In this document: in pieces, positions 1 to 10,924 of the stretch
Position numbering within the stretch: position 1 is the first letter of the stretch
Layout: the number at the start of each line of letters is the position of its first letter
Assembly: GCA_963743215.1 (NCBI GenBank)
Contig: CAVUOY010000009.1
Coordinates: 29,709 to 93,708, forward strand
Length of the DNA stretch: 64,000 nucleotides
Source of the DNA: an uncultured Chloroflexia bacterium
GTDB taxonomy: Bacteria > Chloroflexota > Anaerolineae > Anaerolineales > UBA4823
Direction of reading: 5' to 3'
Translations under genes and position numbers: made by a program
The notes under the pieces: generated by a model
What the model was told of the DNA's origin: nothing
The model's database searches: none
Seen by the model: only the letters and a program-made list of their open reading frames with translations

Positions 1-1164
1 GGCGCACTTTGGCTGGCATATGACACTCCGCACCAGTTCGGATCGGATGAGGTCCGTTTCTTGACAACCATTGCCGGGCAGGCTGCCTTGGCTTCCGCCA
101 ATTCCCAGCTTTTCGCCAATGCCGAGATCGGTCGCCAGCGCATGGCAGCATTCCTCAATTCGACCCCCGATCCGGTGTTGGTCACCGATTATCAAGGACA
201 CTTGCTGCTTGCCAACCCGGCAGCCTGGCAGGTGCTGGGGCTGCCTGGTGAAACAGTCAATGGGAAATCGATCGATTCGATCATTCAACAGCCCGCCTTA
301 GTAGACTTGCTCCGCCTCGTTTCGGAAGAAAAACAATCGGCTGAGGTTGAGCTGGCGGATGGAAAGATTTATCTAGCCACCGCTTCATCGGTCATCGTTG
401 AGAATCAACCGGTAGGTCGCATCTGTATCCTGCGCGACGTCACCCGCTTCAAGGAGCTGGACACGCTTAAATCGGAATTCGTGGCAACGGTAAGTCATGA
501 TTTGCGTTACCCGCTGACTACCATGCGTGGCTATGCCACGATGCTGGAAATGGTCGGTGAGCTGAATGAGCAGCAAACCGGTTATGTACGCAAGATCCTA
601 TCCAGCGTGGACGGGATGAACCAGCTTGTGACCAGTCTGCTTGATATTGGTAGGATCGATGCCGGTGTAGACCTGCAACTGGAGATGGTGCCCGTGCAGG
701 AAGTGGTGGAACGCGTGGTGGGCGCATTGCAGTTGCAGGCCTCTCAAAAGCAGGTGGTTATCTCCAGTGATATCTCGCAACACGCCATTCCGCTCATCGA
801 AGCAGATTATGCCTTGCTACAGCAAGCCGTGCACAACCTGGTTGAAAATGCCGTCATCTACACTGAGCCCAGGGGCAAGGTGGCGGTGCGCGTCGAGCCT
901 GATAAAGATCAGATGGTCTTCACCATTGTTGATACCGGGATTGGGATTGCCCCCGTCGACCTCCCCCGCATATTCGAAAAGTTCTACCGCGGGGGTCAAA
1001 AAGAAGCTAAGAAACGCCAGGGCACTGGTTTGGGCTTGGCGATCGTTAAATCGATTGCAGACCGCCACAAAGGCAGGGTGTGGGTCGAAAGCCAGCTGGG
1101 CAAGGGTAGTGCCTTCCATCTGGCAATTCCTTTCCGGCAGCAAAAAGGGGGAAAACAGGAATAA
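1..1164 (+). CDS. GAF/PAS sensor histidine kinase (5'-partial)
   Basis: The frame is open from base 1. PAS (STPDPVLVTD...LLANPAA), H-box FVATVSHDLRYP, N-box NLVENA, DTGIGI and GTGLGL. Confidence 0.93.
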   Translation, partial: GALWLAYDTPHQFGSDEVRFLTTIAGQAALASANSQLFANAEIGRQRMAAFLNSTPDPVLVTDYQGHLLLANPAAWQVLGLPGETVNGKSIDSIIQQPALVDLLRLVSEEKQSAEVELADGKIYLATASSVIVENQPVGRICILRDVTRFKELDTLKSEFVATVSHDLRYPLTTMRGYATMLEMVGELNEQQTGYVRKILSSVDGMNQLVTSLLDIGRIDAGVDLQLEMVPVQEVVERVVGALQLQASQKQVVISSDISQHAIPLIEADYALLQQAVHNLVENAVIYTEPRGKVAVRVEPDKDQMVFTIVDTGIGIAPVDLPRIFEKFYRGGQKEAKKRQGTGLGLAIVKSIADRHKGRVWVESQLGKGSAFHLAIPFRQQKGGKQE

Positions 1165-1202
1165 CGGGTCGAAAACCCTAATCATCCTCTTATAATTGCC
1201 TC

Positions 1203-1232
1203 TTGACCAAATCCTACCGATTTTGGTATAAT
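1203..1232 (+). promoter_or_regulatory. sigma70-type promoter upstream of rpoC
   Basis: TTGACC (1203-1208), 18-nt spacer, TGnTATAAT (extended -10; TATAAT at 1227-1232). Confidence 0.7.
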
Positions 1233-1268
1233 CCAAGTTTGCATGAATTCAATGTATGACTTTTAACC

Positions 1269-1310
1269 GCCTGGCGCTTGAGATGTTTATCTCAAGCGCG
1301 GGCTTTTCTT
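1269..1310 (+). terminator. terminator-like hairpin in the rpoC leader (candidate attenuator)
   Basis: GCGCTTGAGAT-gttt-ATCTCAAGCGC stem, extendable by GCCT/GGGC, followed by TTTTCTT. It lies between the promoter and the AGGAGG RBS. Confidence 0.65.
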
Positions 1311-1334
1311 GTTCTATTTACCAGGAGGCACTGA

Positions 1335-4300
1335 GTGGAAACAAAAGGACTGACTGCACTTCGTATCAGCCTGGCATCCCCAGAAACCATCCGCAGCTGG
1401 TCTTACGGTGAAGTACTTAAACCTGAGACTATCAACTACCGGCGATTACGCCCGGAAAAGGATGGACTGTTCTGCGAGGCCATTTTTGGACCGACCCGCG
1501 ACTGGCAATGTTATTGCGGTAAGTATAAGAACATCCGTTATAAAGGCATCATATGCGATAAATGCGGTGTGGAGGTTACTCGCTCATCGGTTCGCCGTGA
1601 GCGTATGGGGCATATTGAGCTCTCTGCACCCGTAGCCCACGTTTGGTATACCCGGCGAATTCCATCCTACCTGGGTCTGCTGCTGGATATTTCCCGCCGC
1701 AACCTGGATCGTGTGCTCTATTTTGCCCAGTATGTAGTCACCTATGTGGATGAAGACGCTCGCCAGAAGGCACTCAAGCGGTTAGATGATAATGAGCTCG
1801 CTACTGAACGCGAGAATGCCGCCCAGATCAATTCAAAGATCGCAGAAACTAAAGCAGGCCGCGACCGGGCTCTGGCGGAACAGGAAGGTCTGCGCCAGCA
1901 GATCAACAAGCGTTACGATGAATCCATTGAGCTTGACCCAATTATTAAAGAAGGTCAACACCTGGAAGGTCAGATCACCGATAAGCAAGGGAAAGTCACC
2001 AAAACTGCCATCAAGTTCCAAACCGATACGGTGGTGGTCGAGGCTGGTGAGAAAGTTAGCAACCAGCATTTGGTTCGCCTTCAGAAGGTGGTTAAAGAGC
2101 AGCTGGAAGAGTTGGAACATCAGCTGAAAGACCAGAAAGAGCGCGAGCTTGAGCATCTGAAGATGGATGTCGAGCGAATCCACGCTGAAGCTGAGATGAC
2201 AATGGAAGGTTTGCGCAACCAGCTGGAAGAACAATCTGGCACCGTGCGCGATGAAAACGACAACTTGCGCGATGAGCTGGTCGACCTTCGTCCACTCACC
2301 TTTATGGGTGAGACTCGCTTCCGCGAGCTAAAAACCCGTTGGGGTCAGGTGTTTCGCGCCGATATGGGTGCCGAAGCTTTCTATGACATCCTACGCCGCC
2401 TAGACTTGAACAAGTTGGCAGAGGAATTGTGGAAAGAAGTTCGCACCTCCAAGAGCAAGCAAAAGCGCAAGAAAGCCACCAAGCGTCTGAAGGTCGTCGA
2501 AGCCTTCCGCCGTAGCGGCAACCGTCCGGAATGGATGGTCCTCACCGTCCTACCGGTGATTCCACCCGATCTGCGTCCGATGGTCCAGCTTGATGGTGGT
2601 CGCTTTGCGACTTCCGATTTGAATGACCTGTATCGCCGGGTGATCAACCGCAATAACCGTCTTAAGCGTCTGCTTGAGCTCGGCGCACCCGATGTTATTG
2701 TGCGCAATGAGAAACGCATGCTTCAGGAAGCGGTTGACTCGTTGATTGATAATTCCCAGCGTGGTAAAGCCCTTTCACGCCGCGGTCGTCGTGAGCTTAA
2801 ATCTTTGAGCGATATGCTCAAGGGAAAGAAGGGTCGTTTCCGCCGCAACCTGTTAGGCAAGCGTGTGGATTATTCCGGCCGTTCCGTAATCGTCGTCGGA
2901 CCGCAGCTAAAACTCTACCAATGTGGTTTACCGAAAGGCATGGCACTGGAGTTATACCGACCATTCGTTATTTCACGTCTGGTATCTCATAATTATGCCG
3001 CCAATGTCAAAGGCGCCAAGCGCTTCATCGAACGCAATCGCCCTGAGGTGTGGGAAGTCCTCGAGGAAGTCATCAAGGAACGACCTGTCATGCTCAACCG
3101 TGCGCCTACGCTGCACCGTCTGGGTATCCAGGCCTTTGAGCCCATCCTGATCGAAGGTTCAGCCATTCAGCTGCACCCACTCGTAACAACAGCTTTCAAT
3201 GCTGACTTCGATGGTGACCAGATGGCAGTCCACGTGCCCCTGTCTCAAAAGGCAGTCACTGAAGCCCGCGAGCTTATGCTTTCCTCGCGCAATTTGCTCA
3301 AGCCCGCCGATGGTGAGCCTATCATCAGCCCCTCCAAGGACATGGTGCTGGGTGTCTATTACCTCACCACCTCAGATGACTCGCGCAAGCACAAGGGTCA
3401 GGGGCGGAACTTCGCAGATATTGACGAAGTGGAGCTGGCTTATAACCTGGGTCAGGTTGATATTCACTCACCGATCAACGTATTGGTAAATACCTGGTAT
3501 GCTGAAAATGGTGACCGTCTACAGAAGCCTGAAGAGCGTTTGCTTGCAACTACGGTTGGGCGGGTTATTTTCAACCGCATTCTGCCTCCCGAGATCCAAT
3601 TTATCAACTGGAAATTGGACAAGGGCGAGCTGAAAGACCTGATCGCCGAGCTCTATGAGGTCGGTGGAGAAGACCAGACCCCCGAAGTGGCAGACCGCAT
3701 CAAGGAAATTGGTTTTACCTATGCCACTCGCTCAGGGTACAGCATCGCGGTTTCTGATATCGCAGTTCCTCCTGAAAAACAGGAGATCATCAACCAATCG
3801 TTGAAAGAAGTGGAGCTGGTTCAGCGCGACTTCCGTCGTGGTCTGCTCACCGATCAGGAACAGAACGAAAAAGTAATTAACATCTGGCAAAAGACCACCA
3901 ATGATGTTGCTGAAGCCGTCAAACGCTATATGGACCCGCATGGTAACCTGGCAACTATGGCTAACTCTGGAGCCACCAAAGGTGGTTTCGGACCGATCTC
4001 TCAGCTGGCTGGTATGCGTGGTCTGATGGCTGACCCATCCGGTCGCATCATCTCCCACCCCATCCGGTCTAACTTCCGCGAGGGTCTGAACGCACTTGAG
4101 TACTTCATCTCTACCCATGGTGCCCGCAAGGGTTTGGCTGATACCGCCCTGCGTACTGCTGATGCTGGTTACCTCACCCGCCGCTTGGTGGATGTAGCCC
4201 AGGATGTAATCATCAACGAGCTGGATTGCAACACCCAGGATGGCATCCCCATCCGCAAGTCTGATAACGTCGCAGACCAGGCTATGGGTACGCGCTTGTT

Positions 4301-5639
4301 CGGGCGTGTGGTTGCCCAGAATGTGATCGACCCACAGACCGGTGAAGTGTTGGCAGAACGTGGCGACCGGTTAGATCGTGATAAGGTCCGTCGCCTCACC
4401 ACTGCTAACGTGTCTGAAGTTCTCGTGCGCTCACCACTTACCTGTGAATTGGACCATGGGATCTGTGCCCAGTGTTATGGCATGGACCTGGGCCGCGGCA
4501 AGATGGTCGAAATGGGTTCAGCTGTTGGTATCGTCGCCGCTCAATCCATTGGTGAGCCAGGCACGCAGCTTACCTTGCGTACCTTCCATACCGGTGGTGT
4601 GGCGGCTGGTGGTGATATCACCACCGGTCTCCCACGTGTGGAAGAGCTTTTTGAAGCTCGCCGTATGCCCAAAGGTGAAGCTAAAGTGGCAGAGATCGCC
4701 GGCACAGCGCGCATCATGCAGTCGGATCGCTATTCCGAGCTGCGTCTGGTGCGTATCGAACACTCCGAGATGGTGGGCGATGAATACAGCATCCCCGATA
4801 GCTGGACTGTAGCCGTCGAAGATGCTACAGAAGTAGCCCAGGGAGATGTAGTGGCTTTTCTGGATACTGCTACCATTGTTTCCCAGCATACCGGGCGTGC
4901 TCGCCTTGAAAAGGGCGAGGATGGCACCAAGGTCATCGTCTCCTATGAAGTACATCAGGAAGCGGAACATGAGCTTCCCACCAATGCCCGTTTGCTGATC
5001 AAAGATGGCGACCATGTGGAACCGGGTCAACCCATTACTGAAGGTTCTTTGAACCCCCACCGCATCCTGCGCATCCAGGGACGCTATATTGCCCAGATGT
5101 ATCTGCTGACCGAAGTTCAGAAAGTTTACCGCTCGCAAGGCCAGAACATCAACGATAAGCATTTCGAAGTGATCATCCGCAAGATGACCTCCAAAGTGCA
5201 GGTAACCCGCCCGGGTGATACCAACTATCTCCCCGGTGACCTGGTGGACCTGCTCGAGCTCAAGCGGGTGAATGAGGAGCTGCTCTCACAGGGCAAACGC
5301 CCTGCGCGCTTCCTGGAGACCCTGCTTGGGATCACCAAGGCCTCCCTGAGCACTGATTCCTTCTTGTCAGCCTCGTCCTTCCAGCACACTATCAAGGTAC
5401 TGGCGGGTGCTGCCATTGCCGCTTCGGAAGATCCATTGTATGGCTTGAAGGAAAACGTGATCATTGGCAAGCTCATCCCCGCGGGGACGGGTTTCGTCCA
5501 CGGTCGTTTTGTCGAGCAGGTAGCCGGTGAAGGCAGTGCGCATGACCGTACCGATGGCGAATTCGAGGATGACTACGCCTCCGAAGACTTCGCCCTAGCC
5601 GATGACATCGCTGCTGATGACAACTTTTCGGTCGATTAA
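1335..5639 (+). CDS. rpoC: DNA-directed RNA polymerase subunit beta'
   Basis: NADFDGD catalytic motif, Zn-finger CYCGK...[31 protein letters not shown] start with AGGAGG RBS. Confidence 0.99.
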   Translation: METKGLTALRISLASPETIRSWSYGEVLKPETINYRRLRPEKDGLFCEAIFGPTRDWQCYCGKYKNIRYKGIICDKCGVEVTRSSVRRERMGHIELSAPVAHVWYTRRIPSYLGLLLDISRRNLDRVLYFAQYVVTYVDEDARQKALKRLDDNELATERENAAQINSKIAETKAGRDRALAEQEGLRQQINKRYDESIELDPIIKEGQHLEGQITDKQGKVTKTAIKFQTDTVVVEAGEKVSNQHLVRLQKVVKEQLEELEHQLKDQKERELEHLKMDVERIHAEAEMTMEGLRNQLEEQSGTVRDENDNLRDELVDLRPLTFMGETRFRELKTRWGQVFRADMGAEAFYDILRRLDLNKLAEELWKEVRTSKSKQKRKKATKRLKVVEAFRRSGNRPEWMVLTVLPVIPPDLRPMVQLDGGRFATSDLNDLYRRVINRNNRLKRLLELGAPDVIVRNEKRMLQEAVDSLIDNSQRGKALSRRGRRELKSLSDMLKGKKGRFRRNLLGKRVDYSGRSVIVVGPQLKLYQCGLPKGMALELYRPFVISRLVSHNYAANVKGAKRFIERNRPEVWEVLEEVIKERPVMLNRAPTLHRLGIQAFEPILIEGSAIQLHPLVTTAFNADFDGDQMAVHVPLSQKAVTEARELMLSSRNLLKPADGEPIISPSKDMVLGVYYLTTSDDSRKHKGQGRNFADIDEVELAYNLGQVDIHSPINVLVNTWYAENGDRLQKPEERLLATTVGRVIFNRILPPEIQFINWKLDKGELKDLIAELYEVGGEDQTPEVADRIKEIGFTYATRSGYSIAVSDIAVPPEKQEIINQSLKEVELVQRDFRRGLLTDQEQNEKVINIWQKTTNDVAEAVKRYMDPHGNLATMANSGATKGGFGPISQLAGMRGLMADPSGRIISHPIRSNFREGLNALEYFISTHGARKGLADTALRTADAGYLTRRLVDVAQDVIINELDCNTQDGIPIRKSDNVADQAMGTRLFGRVVAQNVIDPQTGEVLAERGDRLDRDKVRRLTTANVSEVLVRSPLTCELDHGICAQCYGMDLGRGKMVEMGSAVGIVAAQSIGEPGTQLTLRTFHTGGVAAGGDITTGLPRVEELFEARRMPKGEAKVAEIAGTARIMQSDRYSELRLVRIEHSEMVGDEYSIPDSWTVAVEDATEVAQGDVVAFLDTATIVSQHTGRARLEKGEDGTKVIVSYEVHQEAEHELPTNARLLIKDGDHVEPGQPITEGSLNPHRILRIQGRYIAQMYLLTEVQKVYRSQGQNINDKHFEVIIRKMTSKVQVTRPGDTNYLPGDLVDLLELKRVNEELLSQGKRPARFLETLLGITKASLSTDSFLSASSFQHTIKVLAGAAIAASEDPLYGLKENVIIGKLIPAGTGFVHGRFVEQVAGEGSAHDRTDGEFEDDYASEDFALADDIAADDNFSVD

Positions 5640-5722
5640 TCAACTTTTGTAGAGATGCCTCGCTAGGGCGAAGCCCTAGCCGATGACATCGCTGCTGATG
5701 ACAACTTTTCGGTCGATTAATC
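5592..5722. repeat. 50-bp direct duplication of the rpoC 3' end around a half-REP
   Basis: 5592-5641 is identical to 5673-5722. The spacer contains TTTTGTAGAGATGCC and a 12-nt inverted copy (5662-5673) of 5588-5599. Confidence 0.9.
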
Positions 5723-5736
5723 CAGATTTCTAACCC

Positions 5737-5771
5737 AACGGGGCTGGTTTTGCCAGCCCCGTTTTAATTTT
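5737..5771 (+). terminator. rho-independent terminator of rpoC
   Basis: AACGGGGCTGG-ttttg-CCAGCCCCGTT followed by a T-rich tract. Confidence 0.85.
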
Positions 5772-5789
5772 ATCATTGCGGATGATAAT

Positions 5790-5930
5790 AAAGGGGACAC
5801 GGTAGGCCGATTGTCATTAGGTCCTCGAGACCGTTCCGCAGTGCGACCACCGTGTCTGCCGTCTAAAGTAAGCCCGAACAGTTGAGTGGTCCAAAGAGGC
5901 CGTATCCTTGCTAGTGTGGGCTTACCTCGC
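5790..5930 (+). ncRNA. putative IS110 bridge RNA (target- and donor-binding loops)
   Basis: Stem GACACGGT(5796)/ACCGTGTC(5856) with inner GGTC/GACC hairpin, and stem GTAAGCCC(5868)/GGGCTTAC(5925). Loop segments match the element's flanks and right end. Confidence 0.75.
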
Positions 5931-5951
5931 AAATAAGGAGAATTCGTACCA

Positions 5952-6906
5952 ATGACAACACAAAACGAAGTGTATGTTGGGATCGATGTAGGCAAGACCT
6001 GGCTGGATGTGGCCCTGTGGGGCGAAGATGAGGTGTGGAGGGTTTCCAACGATGATGCTGGAGTAGCCGAAGTCATGGAGCGAGTGACAGGGTTGGAGCC
6101 GCGACTGATCGCAATCGAAGCCACTGGTGGATATGAACAATTGGCAGTCCAGACGATGCTCCTGAATAGTCTGCCAGTAGCAGTTATCAATCCCACCCGA
6201 GTGCGTGCTTTATCCAAAGCAACCGGCAAACTGGCCAAAACGGATGTGATCGATGCGCGCTTGATCGCCGAGTATGCCTGCAAAATCCAGCCTAAAGCTC
6301 TAGCGCCCAAGGAAGCCAATGAAATCCGCCTGAGAGCATTGGTTACCCGTCGCGAACAGCTGGTTGAAATGCGGGCTGGCGAGCAAAATCGCCTGGGAAC
6401 TGCCCAGAACTGCATGAAAGCCGATATTCGCGAGCATATCGACTGGATCAGCATGCGGATCAAGGAGCTCGAAGTGCAGATTTCCGAGTTGGTAGATAGT
6501 CTACCGGAATGGAAAGCGCAAGCCGATCGTCTTGACAGCATCCCAGGTGTAGGGATGATCACGGCAGTTACTGTACTCGCTGATATGCCTGAACTAGGCC
6601 AATTGAACCGCCAGAAGATTGCTGCTTTGGCTGGCCTGGCCCCGTTCAACCGGGATAGCGGCCGTAAAAGCGGTAAGCGACGGATATTTGGCGGTCGCAA
6701 AGGCATCCGTCGAGTATTGTACATGGCCTGTATGTCAGCAAAAAAATACAATCCACTCATTCGCTCTATGTACTCCCGCTTGACCTTGAAAGGTAAAATC
6801 TTTGAAAGTTGCTATCACTGCTTGCATGCGAAAAATGCTCACCATTATGAATGCCATGACCCGCGATATGGTCAATTGGAGGCGTCCTGATCCTATTTCA
6901 GATTAA
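5952..6906 (+). CDS. IS110 family recombinase/transposase (frameshift near 6797)
   Basis: DEDD RuvC-like motifs VGIDVGK, IEATGGY, KTDVIDA, plus SIPGVG and LAPFNRDSG. The family-typical C-terminus KVAITACMRKMLTIMNAM continues in another frame to TAA at 6906. Confidence 0.93.
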
Positions 6907-7249
6907 ATATACCCTTTTCAAATAACACAGTTACTGCGGAATCCCCCCAGAATCAGGGGGGACCTGCCCCCGCTGGTATTCGGGGAAACCCGGCGATCCT
7001 GCAGCGTCTTCATGTTCTCGCTGCGTTGCTGGATGAATCAATCTGCTCTTATAATAAAATACTTAGTAGCAAGCACCTCCCTTCCATTCCTTTATCTGGT
7101 CAGCTTCGTAGCTAGTCCAATCGTAAAGGTAACGCAGCGGATCAGTATTAATTCACCATTAATTCGATTCTATATTCAGACGCATGTATAATCCAAATAG
7201 AGTGTCTTATTTCTCATCTCAAATAAAATCGTCAATGGAGGAGTAAAAA

Positions 7250-7885
7250 ATGGCAGAACCACTTGATGCAATAATGGCAATCCACAATGCTTTCCGACGC
7301 GATATGAGTGGGATCGATACGGCTGCACTTGCTTCTGCACGTGGTAAACCTGGACTTGCGCCCGCAATTGAGCGTTTCCGATTTTTCAACGAAGTGTTGG
7401 TTTGGCACGCCCATGGTGAAGAAATTGCCATCTTCCCCGCATTGGAAGCCGTCGCGCCCTTGGTCGCTGAGGCATATTTGAGAGATCACCACGGTCTGGA
7501 TGCTGCCTTCGAGGCAATGGACAGGGCATATACTGCCGGTGATGTATTGGAGACTGCACGCACCTCTGCTGCGTTCAAGTTTCATTTAGACATTCATCTT
7601 GCCAAGGAAGATGCGCACCTGTATCGCCTTGTTAGGGAGCGCGTTCCCAAGGATGAGCTGGCAAAGGCAGCCGGTATCATGTCGAGCGTTATCCCCCAGG
7701 ACCGTTTTCCGGAACTGATCGCATGGGAATACCCTCTGATTGGTCTTGACGACCGCGAGAATATGACCCGCATCTTGCAAATGGTGATGCCGCCACCCGT
7801 GTTTGCCAACGTCAAGCAGGTCATCCAAAAGGCGATTGGTGATGACTGGTCAGAACTGATACAGCGAATCCCTTCGCTTACATAG
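7250..7885 (+). CDS. hemerythrin/HHE cation-binding domain protein
   Basis: HNAFRRD, HAHGEE..IFP, DHH and HLAKED motifs. GGAGGAG RBS. Confidence 0.85.
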   Translation: MAEPLDAIMAIHNAFRRDMSGIDTAALASARGKPGLAPAIERFRFFNEVLVWHAHGEEIAIFPALEAVAPLVAEAYLRDHHGLDAAFEAMDRAYTAGDVLETARTSAAFKFHLDIHLAKEDAHLYRLVRERVPKDELAKAAGIMSSVIPQDRFPELIAWEYPLIGLDDRENMTRILQMVMPPPVFANVKQVIQKAIGDDWSELIQRIPSLT

Positions 7886-8214
7886 GCCTCAATCAGATAA
7901 ACTGTAATAGCTCTAATCGTGACGGCGCGTATGCGCTGTGGCATATACATCGGTTTTGGTCTCCCGATGTTTGTTCTCATTGACACTATTTAATCTTTAC
8001 AATCACGATAAAATAGAGTTAAATAATCATAATATATATGGTCACCAATACCAGACTTGTGGAAAATACCGCTCATGAGAATATCGCTTCCTCACCCAGC
8101 TAACCTCAAGCCTGGTGTTTTGGAAAAGTATGAGCGCAACTTAACGCAAGGCGACACTTGCTTATATAGCGCTATCTTCGATGGTAAATTTTTTCGAACC
8201 GATATAAGGGAGGA

Positions 8215-8649
8215 ATGATGAGTAAATCAAGACGACCAGTCAAAGGATTAGGTGAAGTCTCAATTCGTGTCAAGAACCTGGACGTCATGTACAGGTTTTA
8301 CGCAGATGTGATTGGACTTGAAGTACTGGACCGTGGCGAAAGCCAGGTGTTCTTCAAAATCGCAGATGGGTATGGCGGGCATACCCAGAATCTAGCCCTA
8401 TTTGACGCCTCCAACCGCATGTTTCTGGTAAACAAATCTCTGCAACTAAGCCCCGACCAATCGACTTTGCACCACATTGCGCTCAATGTTGCTCTTGAAG
8501 ATTTCGAATCCGAGAAAAAACGCCTCGAGGGTTTAGGGCTGAAGGTGAATGTAACCGTTCATCAGTGGTTACATGTTCACTCCATGTACTTTTCGGACCC
8601 GGAAGGGAATCTGCTGGAGTTTGTGAGTTATGATCCGAATGTGAAATAG
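8215..8649 (+). CDS. VOC/glyoxalase family protein
   Basis: LGEVSIRV...FYADVIGL, HHIALNV, MYFSDPEGNLLEF. Confidence 0.9.
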   Translation: MMSKSRRPVKGLGEVSIRVKNLDVMYRFYADVIGLEVLDRGESQVFFKIADGYGGHTQNLALFDASNRMFLVNKSLQLSPDQSTLHHIALNVALEDFESEKKRLEGLGLKVNVTVHQWLHVHSMYFSDPEGNLLEFVSYDPNVK

Positions 8650-8680
8650 GTGTATCGGGCGGTCAGGCGGAAAGTGCAGC

Positions 8681-8900
8681 ATGTCGAATTCTGTTTTTAT
8701 GGGTCGCGAAACCGAATTACAGACGCTAAAAGTGTTTTTGGATACAGCAGCCCATGGGAAGACACAGGTCGTCTTTATTGCCGGGGAGGCAGGAGCGGAG
8801 AAATCGTCCCTGGTCACTGAATTTATCCACCGCCAGGAATAAGCCGATCCCAAACTGATCGCCTTCGCCGGGTGCGTGCAACGCCCAGACTGGCGGAGTC
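8681..8900 (+). pseudogene. N-terminal remnant of an AAA/STAND-type ATPase
   Basis: Reads MSNSVFMGRETELQTL...VVFIAGEAGAEKSSLV (decayed Walker A). Stop at 8840-8842, then a shifted GACNAQTG motif. Confidence 0.65.
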
Positions 8901-8937
8901 GTTCCTGCGATCCGCTGCTTACAGATGAATACTTCCT

Positions 8938-9696
8938 CTAATGCTCCAGGATCTGCGACAGGAACAGCTTGGTGCGCGCTTCCTGGGGGTTTTTGAAGAT
9001 CTGGTCGGGCGTGCCACTTTCTACGATCAAGCCTTCATCGAAGAAATACATGCGGTCGGCAACCGCCCGAGCAAAGCCCATCTCGTGGGTCACCACTAGC
9101 ATGGTCATGCCTGTCTTCGCCAGCCTCACCATCACATCCAATACTTCTTTGATCATTTCCGGATCAAGGGCAGATGTCGGCTCGTCGAACAACATGATTT
9201 TTGGCTGCATTACCAATGCCCGCGCAATAGCCACACGCTGTTGCTGACCACCTGAGAGCTGCCCTGGGAATTTATCCGCCTGCTCTGGAATGCCCACCTT
9301 CACCAGGAGATCCCTCGCCTTTTCTTCAGCTTTTTCTTTAGACCACTTACGCACCCAGATCGGCGCCAGGGTGATGTTCTGCAACACCGTAAGGTGTGGG
9401 AACAGGTTAAACTGCTGGAACACCATCCCAATCTCACTCCGCACCTTCTCGATGTTGCGCACATCATGCGAGAGCTCGATGCCATCTATGATGATTGTGC
9501 CTCTTTGGTGCTCTTCCAAACGGTTGAGTGTGCGGATGAAGGTCGATTTCCCTGAGCCTGAAGGTCCGAAGATTACGACCACCTCGCCGGGCGTCACTTC
9601 CATGTTGATGCCTTTCAAGGCCTGGAAGTTATCGAACCACTTTTGAACATCCCGGGCGATGATAATCGGCTGTTCGTCCTTGACCTGTTCGCTCAT
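8938..9696 (-). CDS. aapP: amino acid ABC transporter ATP-binding protein
   Basis: [30 protein letters not shown]. Last gene of a four-gene operon. Confidence 0.92.
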   Translation of the reverse strand: MSEQVKDEQPIIIARDVQKWFDNFQALKGINMEVTPGEVVVIFGPSGSGKSTFIRTLNRLEEHQRGTIIIDGIELSHDVRNIEKVRSEIGMVFQQFNLFPHLTVLQNITLAPIWVRKWSKEKAEEKARDLLVKVGIPEQADKFPGQLSGGQQQRVAIARALVMQPKIMLFDEPTSALDPEMIKEVLDVMVRLAKTGMTMLVVTHEMGFARAVADRMYFFDEGLIVESGTPDQIFKNPQEARTKLFLSQILEH

Positions 9697-9709
9697 AGCT
9701 GCCTCACTT

Positions 9710-10924
9710 CTAGCGTTCACCCACGCCCAATGCTTTCTCTAACTGTAAGCTGGCGTATGACATAAAATAGCTGAATACCCAAAAGATAATTGCGATAAAT
9801 AGATAGACTTCCATTTGCAACCGCCCAAACTCAGGTTCTAACTTTAACACCGCATTACCCATCCCGAGTAAATCGTTAATTCCTACGATATACACCAGCG
9901 TGGTATCCTTGAATAGTGAGATGAATTGCCCCACGATTGTTGGGATTACCAAACGTAACGCCTGCGGGAGAACAATCAATGACGTGATATGTAAGTTTTT
10001 CAAACCCACGGCTTTGGCAGCTTCCAATTGCCCTGGTGGAATGGCTTGCAGTCCACCGCGCACATTCTCGGCGGTGTAAGCCGCACTGAAGACCACAATC
10101 CCCATCAGAGCGCGAATTACGCGGTCGATCCTCGATTCGGTGGGCAGAAAGAGCGCCAGGATGATCGAAAACATAAATAATATTGTCACCAGCGGTACAC
10201 CACGCACAACTTCAATGAATAAAATCGAAAACAATTTGACTACCGGCAGGGATGAACGTCTCCCCAGCGCCAGCAGCACCCCGAAGGGGAATGAGAGCAA
10301 AATTCCACCTACTGAGAGCAGCAGCGTGATCAGCAGCCCGCCCCACGCGGTTGTCGGGACTTTTGGCAGCAGGCTGGAGTTGGTAAATCCTGGAAGGATC
10401 ACCAGAGGGATCAAAAGAAGAGCGATCAGCCACGCTGTCGCCACATACCGCCCAAGGACCGATCCGAGTCGACCAATCCGGTACCCCAGGTAGATTAGGA
10501 ATGGATTGATGAGCATGAATACCCGGATTGGGAGTGTTATTGTGGGTGTGGCTAATGGGAAGACAGCCAAAAGGCCCATTAGAATGCCCAGGAAAATAGC
10601 GAATGGCCTGATGTAGCGCTTCCACACCCCCCAGCTCATGCCAACCAGAAATGTGATCATCAGCACGCTGATGCCTACACGCCACAGTTCCTCGCGCGGG
10701 TATTGACCAACCATAAACAGGAGTGGAGCCACAGTCACCGGACGCCAGTCTGCAGATTTAAACATCCAGGTGATGACGTAAACCAAAGAAAAGTACACCC
10801 CCGTCGCACCTAGGATGGTTAGCAAGCTGTTGAACCAGTTGCTGAACAGATTCTTTCGGATCCATTTGGCTGCACTTGGTGGTAAAGGAGGGGTTGATTC
10901 CAGATGGGCGGCTTTCATCTTCAT
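9710..10924 (-). CDS. aapM: amino acid ABC transporter permease
   Basis: [32 protein letters not shown] and [10 protein letters not shown], typical of AapM/BztC. Confidence 0.9.
   Translation of the reverse strand: MKMKAAHLESTPPLPPSAAKWIRKNLFSNWFNSLLTILGATGVYFSLVYVITWMFKSADWRPVTVAPLLFMVGQYPREELWRVGISVLMITFLVGMSWGVWKRYIRPFAIFLGILMGLLAVFPLATPTITLPIRVFMLINPFLIYLGYRIGRLGSVLGRYVATAWLIALLLIPLVILPGFTNSSLLPKVPTTAWGGLLITLLLSVGGILLSFPFGVLLALGRRSSLPVVKLFSILFIEVVRGVPLVTILFMFSIILALFLPTESRIDRVIRALMGIVVFSAAYTAENVRGGLQAIPPGQLEAAKAVGLKNLHITSLIVLPQALRLVIPTIVGQFISLFKDTTLVYIVGINDLLGMGNAVLKLEPEFGRLQMEVYLFIAIIFWVFSYFMSYASLQLEKALGVGER

Larger units (their letters stand above)
5776..6935 (+). mobile_element. IS110-family insertion sequence (left boundary approximate)
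   Basis: IS110 recombinase with a ~175-bp structured upstream non-coding end. The right end reads ...CACAGTTA-CT. No terminal inverted repeats. Confidence 0.85.

Noticed and set aside
5717..6760. 347-aa minus-strand ORF
   Set aside because: It is antisense to the IS110 recombinase and has no recognisable motifs.
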